This document shows, piece after piece, positions 1-5,601 of a stretch of DNA of 12,779 nucleotides (the first letter of the stretch is position 1; each line of letters starts with the position of its first letter). The notes beneath the pieces are model-generated. The model ran no database searches. It saw only the letters and a program-made list of their open reading frames with translations, and was not told where the DNA came from. The position numbers were made by a program, and so were the translations under genes. Source of the DNA: an uncultured archaeon (GTDB lineage Archaea > Asgardarchaeota > Heimdallarchaeia > Heimdallarchaeales > Kariarchaeaceae). Location of the stretch: the NCBI GenBank assembly GCA_964645535.1, contig CAZYCQ010000078.1:1-12779 (forward strand), given 5' to 3'.

Positions 1-2
1 TA

Positions 3-1076
3 CCCTCCCTCATAAGAAAGGATCGGTCAAACCAATTTATCTCTGTCAATGGGAGAATTGTGAAGGTTGTTGACATCAACAAGGCAGTTGAGGAGGGATA
101 CGGTTCACGTCTTTTGAAAGGGAACCATCCTGTATTTATTGTCAATCTCAAGGGTGACAACAGTTGGGTGGATTACAATGTTCATCCACAGAAAATTGAA
201 GTGCGTTTTGAATCAAAAGACAATGTACTGGATGAAATTGCAAAACTTGTAAATCAAGTTCTTGAGGGCAACGCTAGTCTTCCCAAATTAACGGAAACCA
301 AAAGCAGACTTGTTACCAAAAATTCTCCATCTTCGATTCCAACATCTTCTTCCCCTCCCATTGCCATTTCTATTGATGAAAGAAATGATGAAGCAAAAGA
401 TTCTTTTATCCAAACCACTCTTTCTTCAATAGTTGATGGTACTGAAGAAAATCGTTACGAGGTATCCGTCCAAGTTCAAAGGGGATTCAGGGTTCTTGGC
501 CAGATCATGAAGAAATTTGCCCTTGTCGAAAAAGATGAGGAACTCTGGCTTGTCGATCTTCATGCAGCAGATGAAAGGGTAAAGTTCGAACAGTTTGCAA
601 AATCGAAAGACAAGTTGATTATGAACCAACAATTCCTGGAACCAATTAAAGTGAATTTAGGAAAGGCAGATTTGGACTTGCTCAATGAATACATCCCAAT
701 CCTGAAACAATTCGGAATGGAAATTTCAGTAACGGAAAACAATGTCTTCATCCACAGTCTTCCAGTTTACTTTGATCAAAAGATTACTGCCGAAACAATA
801 CAGAATTTTCTCTTTGACATCATTGCCTTTTATTCTGACACTCCAGAGAATATAGTTTCTTCTCCCTTTGATGACCTTGAATATAAGGTCGTATCTCGAT
901 TGGCATGTCACGGTTCTGTTAGAGCTGGAGTGTTCATTACCAATTCAAAAATCGCAGAAATTCTCTCCAACCTTCTTAAATGTCAGGATCCATGGACCTG
1001 CGCCCATGGTCGACCAACTGTAATCCGAATTGATAGACAGACCATGGAAAAATGGTTTAAACGTATTGGACAATGA
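3..1076 (+). CDS. mutL: DNA mismatch repair protein MutL, 5'-truncated (end of transducer domain, linker, C-terminal endonuclease domain)
   Basis: Frame is open from base 3 (PSLIRKDRSNQFISVNGRIVK, a MutL transducer FVNGR-like motif), so GTG 60 is not the true start. Motifs: VDYNVHPQKIEVRF, DLHAADERVKFE (DQHA-x2-E-x4-E variant), LACHGS (ACR-like), CAHGRP. Confidence 0.96.
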   Translation, partial: PSLIRKDRSNQFISVNGRIVKVVDINKAVEEGYGSRLLKGNHPVFIVNLKGDNSWVDYNVHPQKIEVRFESKDNVLDEIAKLVNQVLEGNASLPKLTETKSRLVTKNSPSSIPTSSSPPIAISIDERNDEAKDSFIQTTLSSIVDGTEENRYEVSVQVQRGFRVLGQIMKKFALVEKDEELWLVDLHAADERVKFEQFAKSKDKLIMNQQFLEPIKVNLGKADLDLLNEYIPILKQFGMEISVTENNVFIHSLPVYFDQKITAETIQNFLFDIIAFYSDTPENIVSSPFDDLEYKVVSRLACHGSVRAGVFITNSKIAEILSNLLKCQDPWTCAHGRPTVIRIDRQTMEKWFKRIGQ

Positions 1077-1078
1077 AA

Positions 1079-2218
1079 TCAGTTATTTGACATTCTTGAT
1101 TCCAATAACACTTTCAACTCGGTCTCAAATCCAAGCGTTTTCAGTGTAAGTGGAAGGAAGTCATATTCCTTGATGTATCTGATATTTTGGATGCTCATTG
1201 TGTAGGTTTTAGGTTCGTCGATGATATAGTCATGTTTGAGGTAATATCGCATGAGTTCATCATGAGCCGCATTGAACTCTTCGAAAGACCGGTGTGCGGA
1301 AATAATGAATCCGTCCAAATTTTTGGAGACATAGAAGAACGGGGCTAGGAGATTTCTCACCATTTCTGCGGCTTCCTGTCTCTGTCTCATTGTTGTTCTT
1401 GGATTGAATTTCCGGTAAGAGAAAACGAGAATCTTCATTCCAAGCTTTTGAAGGTCTGGCACTGCCCTTGGGAAGCAAATATTCTGAGCCAGGAACTTTC
1501 TTTTTGCATTTGCTACAGTGTTTCGTGAAACTCCAACTTCTTCAGCAATTAATGTATCAGATTCCTCCGGAAATTGTACCAGTCCCGTCAAAACCTTCTT
1601 TTCCGCCTTTGTTAGCTTGACGGGTTTCACCTTCCCTGTAGGGATCGTCTTTCTTTTGTCATATGGATCTGAAGCAAAACCAAACGTTTTGGCCACAAGA
1701 CTTTCATAATCCATGAATGCCCTGATTCTGGTGATTTCAAATGGGAAATGCACAACCTCCATTCCATTTTTATCCAAGAACTTATTATCTGAATATACTT
1801 GGATGAACTTTTCCTGATTCTTTGCATATTCGGTAAGGTTCTTTGATGCTGACAGATTAAATGCCTTGTTTGATTCACTGGCTATGTGAAAATCCTCAAC
1901 AAAAGTTTGCAGGAGATTCTTAGCGACTCTCATTCTTTCTTCAATGGTGGTAAACCGGTTGAGGTTTCCATGCATGGCAACAAGCAGCTCAAGACCGATT
2001 TTCGGGAAGTTCGGAACATAATATCTCTTATAATATCCGTTTTCCTTGAGCCGAGTCTTTATGGAAGAGAAAGTAGATTTCTTCATACCAATTTGTGAAT
2101 GTACTGCTTGGTCAGTCAGATCTGGCCACTTAATCAAAGAATGAAGGACACGTGCTTCATTCTGGCTCAAACCGCTTACGCGGTCATCCATTCCACTCCA
2201 TTCATCATATCTCTGCAT
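1079..2218 (-). CDS. Transcriptional regulator with two tandem Lrp/AsnC-like units (wHTH plus effector-type domain, twice)
   Basis: Internal duplication: LSQNEARVLHSLIKWPDLTDQAVHSQIGMKKSTFSSIKTRLKENGYYKRYYVPNFPKIGLELLV vs LTKAEKKVLTGLVQFPEESDTLIAEEVGVSRNTVANAKRKFLAQNICFPRAVPDLQKLGMKILV. Start placed at ATG 2218 (alternative 2191) instead of 2305 because a TTTAAG box lies at 2251-2246 on the minus strand. Confidence 0.8.
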   Translation of the reverse strand: MQRYDEWSGMDDRVSGLSQNEARVLHSLIKWPDLTDQAVHSQIGMKKSTFSSIKTRLKENGYYKRYYVPNFPKIGLELLVAMHGNLNRFTTIEERMRVAKNLLQTFVEDFHIASESNKAFNLSASKNLTEYAKNQEKFIQVYSDNKFLDKNGMEVVHFPFEITRIRAFMDYESLVAKTFGFASDPYDKRKTIPTGKVKPVKLTKAEKKVLTGLVQFPEESDTLIAEEVGVSRNTVANAKRKFLAQNICFPRAVPDLQKLGMKILVFSYRKFNPRTTMRQRQEAAEMVRNLLAPFFYVSKNLDGFIISAHRSFEEFNAAHDELMRYYLKHDYIIDEPKTYTMSIQNIRYIKEYDFLPLTLKTLGFETELKVLLESRMSNN

Positions 2219-2476
2219 GGTATACAACCAATTTAAGTAGTTCTTCTTAAAAAAGATTTTGAAAATTTTCACCAATCCAAAATCTGGAAAAATTCTCAAA
2301 AACATGCTGAAATCTGACCTGTTTCCGAGAAAACTACGTAGTGTAAATTGATGCCATTTCTTTCTTTATTCAATTAATCCATTGTTTGATGGAAGAATCT
2401 CCACTTAACCTTTTCAACAAAGTTTAGGTGTCTGCCTCTTAAGAGAAAAATTTAAGGGAAAGAAAGAGCATTGGGC
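2219..2476. promoter_or_regulatory. Divergent promoter region with TATA-like boxes and three short perfect palindromes
   Basis: TTTAAG at 2451-2456 (+, 26 nt before ATG 2477, preceded by purine-rich GAGAAAAA) and TTTAAG at 2251-2246 (-). Palindromes TGAAAATTTTCA 2260-2271, ACTACGTAGT 2333-2342, CTCTTAAGAG 2436-2445. Confidence 0.55.
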
Positions 2477-3079
2477 ATGTTGTCAACCGAAATCAAAACC
2501 TTTGTCCGTCAACTGGAAAAATGGTTTGAGGAAAATCCCCAAGAGGCCATTGACAGGGCGATTTCAGCCATGAAAGAAGCGGATGAAAAGGGCGATTATG
2601 AAGCTACTTTCCATTATGCCAAAAAATTGGCCGAATTATACGAAAAACTAGGTGATCGAACAAAATCACAGCGGATGATTGCAATAGCGACAATAAGATC
2701 TTCCTTTCTGGACAATCCTTTGGAACAGAAACGTTTGGCGGCACTTCTTGATTTGACAAGGGGTGTTTCCAAATTTGCAGCAAGTGTATTGGAAGGGCGA
2801 GGTGATGATGCTGAAAAACACTACTTTTTGTTGGAACTTGAGCAACAGTCGCTTTGGGGTGACTTTCGTAAAATCGAGCCTTTACCACTCATTGATTTTG
2901 CCAATACGGAAGAGGCCAAGATCATTCTAGAGGATTATTTTCCTCATGGTGTGTATCACCTTCATATGGTGGAAAGGAATTCTCACCAAAGAAGAAGAAT
3001 TGATATTCCAGTTGGGAAGCAAGAAAATCTGGACATTATTGATTCAGTTTATTCAGTGACAATCAAAGGAGACTTTTAA
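2477..3079 (+). CDS. Hypothetical protein, N-terminal TPR-like helical hairpin plus C-terminal alpha/beta region
   Basis: 200-codon ORF. AMKEADEKGDYEATFHYAKKLAELYEKLGDRTKSQRM has TPR/SNAP-like periodicity. ATG 2477 preferred over TTG 2471 from TATA spacing. Confidence 0.7.
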   Translation: MLSTEIKTFVRQLEKWFEENPQEAIDRAISAMKEADEKGDYEATFHYAKKLAELYEKLGDRTKSQRMIAIATIRSSFLDNPLEQKRLAALLDLTRGVSKFAASVLEGRGDDAEKHYFLLELEQQSLWGDFRKIEPLPLIDFANTEEAKIILEDYFPHGVYHLHMVERNSHQRRRIDIPVGKQENLDIIDSVYSVTIKGDF

Positions 3080-3161
3080 GTCCAACAATTCTTGATGATT
3101 GGCACATCCTGACACTCGAATTGCACAATAGATTTTAATGGAGATTTACAGATTTGATTGA

Positions 3162-4790
3162 ATGAGCCTTGGAAAAAAACCAATCGGAAAGGCAATATGG
3201 GGTACTACAACCTACCGGGTTCACTTGGAAACATCTGCAAAGACATTTTCAGAAGACATTTCTGGTGTCTTGACCCTTTACGAAAGAAGATGGGTGTCTC
3301 AGAAAGCTGAATTTGGCAATCGAAAGGAAATGATTGTGGCTTTGCGGGAGATGTGGGAATCTTCCTTGAGACAAGGTATCATTCAAGATGCGCGGTTTGC
3401 AAGATGGTTGGAAGAATATCTAAACGAACTTGGCATTCCTGTCGACTACGAAGATGTTCTCAAAGTTGTCAAAGGCGAAGTGGAAACTGAAGTTAATGTA
3501 TCTCAAATTTCCCCTGAAGAACTCGTCCAATTACTTGAAAGCGAAAAGGATCTTGATGCAGAAGAATTGCAAACAATAGATGAACACACAGAAGGAATCG
3601 TGACTTCCGGGGTTTCCATTGGTTTCGTTAGAGAAGTTGGCAAAGATCAATCGGAAGAAATCCTTCATACATTAGCAGAAAAATACAAACCTACACCTAA
3701 TTTAAGCTCCAAAAGCTCTGTCAAATTCCTTGATGCCAATGGTGAAAAGAAAGAAGTGGTTCAAGACAACCCCATCGTTTCTTCCCCAACGACTGGCTTT
3801 ATGATACAGAAAGTAGGATTTGTTAACCCTTTTGGATCAGCAACAACTAATGTGGAAATCGAAACAAACATCCCGTATGATTTCGAACTTCTTGAATTTA
3901 ACATTGAGGGGCCTCTCTCTCGTATCGGCGAAAATAAATCCAAGGAAGGGCTACAAATCAAATGGCAGGCAGATACACTTGCGCCAGGTCAAAAAGTTGA
4001 GATACTGTTCCGACTGCTTCCTCGAATTGTTCGTACAGTAATCATACAACATCCTACCTTCGCCCGTATTTATCGTGTTTTTGAACCTCTTCAAAAGACC
4101 GAACAAGGCTATCGATGTGAAAGCAAAATTTCAAACCCAACTGCCTCTTCACTTGATTCCTTAGTTATTCTTGATCAAATTCCACGTTTCCTGAACATCA
4201 AATCTTCCGAACCTCCTATCAACCCGCCATTGGCTTCAGTAAACCTGACAGAAGAATCAATTGAAGTTAATTGGATGTTTCATGACATCGGTCCGGAATC
4301 TACGCTGACTATTCAATACGAACTTGAAGACAGACCTTACCTTGTAAGGGACATATACGTTGTTAACACACCAGAATCAGTTCCAATTTTCGAAGGCTTA
4401 AAATTGGTCAAACCCTTAAGGCGCCAATCTGGGTTCGGCATTATTTTCGGATGCAGGGGGTTACGTGATATTCAACAAACTGTGATCATTGAAGACCGAA
4501 TTCCAAAAGATGTCAAGGTTTCCATAATAGATACTACAGTTGGTGACATGACAGTAAGGGAGGAAGGCGATGAAATAGTTGTCAAATGGGAGATCAAAGG
4601 TATTAGAAGAGGGAAAGAGGAATTTGCATATTTAAAATATAAACCCGAGAACCAACTTGAAAGTACCGTTCTCAATATTGCGATCGAAGATCAAAAAGCA
4701 ATCTCCATTTCAAAAGAAGCAACCTCCCGAAAAGCCGATTCAATCGTAATGCCAAGAAAATTCATTGAAGAACTTGATGTCAAACCCTGA
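3162..4790 (+). CDS. Hypothetical cytoplasmic protein: novel N-terminal domain, acidic linker, three Ig-like beta-sandwich repeats (adaptin mu-homology/DUF11-like)
   Basis: 542-aa ORF with no obvious signal peptide or TM helix. Three repeats: NVEIETNIPYDF..IKWQADTLAPGQKVEILFRL; LVILDQIPRFL..VNWMFHDIGPESTLTIQYEL; VIIEDRIPKDV..VKWEIKGIRRGKEEFAYLKY. TTTTAATG box at 3133-3140. Confidence 0.75.
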   Translation: MSLGKKPIGKAIWGTTTYRVHLETSAKTFSEDISGVLTLYERRWVSQKAEFGNRKEMIVALREMWESSLRQGIIQDARFARWLEEYLNELGIPVDYEDVLKVVKGEVETEVNVSQISPEELVQLLESEKDLDAEELQTIDEHTEGIVTSGVSIGFVREVGKDQSEEILHTLAEKYKPTPNLSSKSSVKFLDANGEKKEVVQDNPIVSSPTTGFMIQKVGFVNPFGSATTNVEIETNIPYDFELLEFNIEGPLSRIGENKSKEGLQIKWQADTLAPGQKVEILFRLLPRIVRTVIIQHPTFARIYRVFEPLQKTEQGYRCESKISNPTASSLDSLVILDQIPRFLNIKSSEPPINPPLASVNLTEESIEVNWMFHDIGPESTLTIQYELEDRPYLVRDIYVVNTPESVPIFEGLKLVKPLRRQSGFGIIFGCRGLRDIQQTVIIEDRIPKDVKVSIIDTTVGDMTVREEGDEIVVKWEIKGIRRGKEEFAYLKYKPENQLESTVLNIAIEDQKAISISKEATSRKADSIVMPRKFIEELDVKP

Positions 4791-4809
4791 TCTTTCAATT
4801 ATTAACTAG

Positions 4810-4818
4810 CCTTATAAC
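4810..4818 (+). promoter_or_regulatory. Putative TATA box CCTTATAAC for the RHH/recombinase-like gene pair
   Basis: About 32 nt upstream of ATG 4844; the identical 9-mer occurs at 7821-7829 upstream of gpmI. Confidence 0.55.
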
Positions 4819-4843
4819 GTCAAATGAGAATATAGTCATAAGA

Positions 4844-5548
4844 ATGTCCGATTCAACGGAGAAGGGCAACCTTCCTATTCCTCCAACATCCAACAAAAGC
4901 AAATCAGATGAGGAACTAATTCCAAAAGGGAAATCAACATCCTATATTCATGTACGGGTAGATCCCCAATTTAAGGAAGATCTAATGAAAAAGGTCGAGG
5001 AAGAAAAAACCAATTTGACTGCTTTTGTAGTCAATACACTTTCAGATGCAATCTACAAGACTGATGAAGAGGAAGAGGACAAGGAAGAAAAGTTATTGGA
5101 TGAAATTCTGAATTCTATGGAAAAGTTGGAAAGAAGGATCGAAATTCGTTTGTCAACCCTTCAAGATACCTTCAACTCACTCATTGGACGGTTAATTGAT
5201 TTTGAGAACAGGGATCGTCAGAGACGAAAGAGACGAAAGGCAGGTGATGGTGAAAAAGATAATGAGGACACCATTTCTCTTGAAAATGAAAATATCCTGA
5301 AACTTGAGCCTGAAAAGATCATCTATGCAAGAGTCAAACGCTATATTGAAAACAGGGGTGCAGCAAACTTCCCTGAATTTGAAGAGATTCTTGCCCATCT
5401 TGAAACGGATAGCAGGATTAAGGAATATCTGGATCAACAGAGTGCCAATTTTCCGGGATGGAAGGAATCATTGGTCACAGATGCCATTGAAGAGGCGATT
5501 GAGGAGCTTGGTATCTCAGTGATCAAGAAGGGAGGTGAAAAGAAATAG
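4844..5548 (+). CDS. Ribbon-helix-helix (CopG/ParG-like) DNA-binding protein with coiled coil and C-terminal helical domain
   Basis: SYIHVRVDPQFKEDLMKKVEEEKTNLTAFVVNTLSDAI fits the RHH pattern (alternating beta strand, helix, turn, helix). Followed by an acidic run, heptad segment LLDEILNSMEKLERRIEIRLSTLQDTFNSL and basic RQRRKRRK. Confidence 0.75.
   Translation: MSDSTEKGNLPIPPTSNKSKSDEELIPKGKSTSYIHVRVDPQFKEDLMKKVEEEKTNLTAFVVNTLSDAIYKTDEEEEDKEEKLLDEILNSMEKLERRIEIRLSTLQDTFNSLIGRLIDFENRDRQRRKRRKAGDGEKDNEDTISLENENILKLEPEKIIYARVKRYIENRGAANFPEFEEILAHLETDSRIKEYLDQQSANFPGWKESLVTDAIEEAIEELGISVIKKGGEKK
5531..5538 (+). promoter_or_regulatory. Shine-Dalgarno-like GGAGGTGA at the 3' end of the RHH gene
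   Basis: Full match to the prokaryotic SD consensus, 6 nt upstream of an ATA (5545) that is in frame with the downstream gene. Confidence 0.55.
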
Positions 5549-5601
5549 CCAGAAAACCCTTTGTTCGAAGAAAATCAAATGAGAAAAGAAATGAGGAAGC
5601 C

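Noticed and set aside
2219-2305. 29-aa N-terminal extension of the Lrp-like ORF given in the ORF track
   Set aside because: F/K/I-rich translation of AT-rich promoter DNA that contains the likely TATA box.
3130-3160. Three AGATTT copies upstream of the beta-sandwich gene
   Set aside because: Short, AT-rich, irregularly spaced and overlapping the TATA box; not distinguishable from chance.
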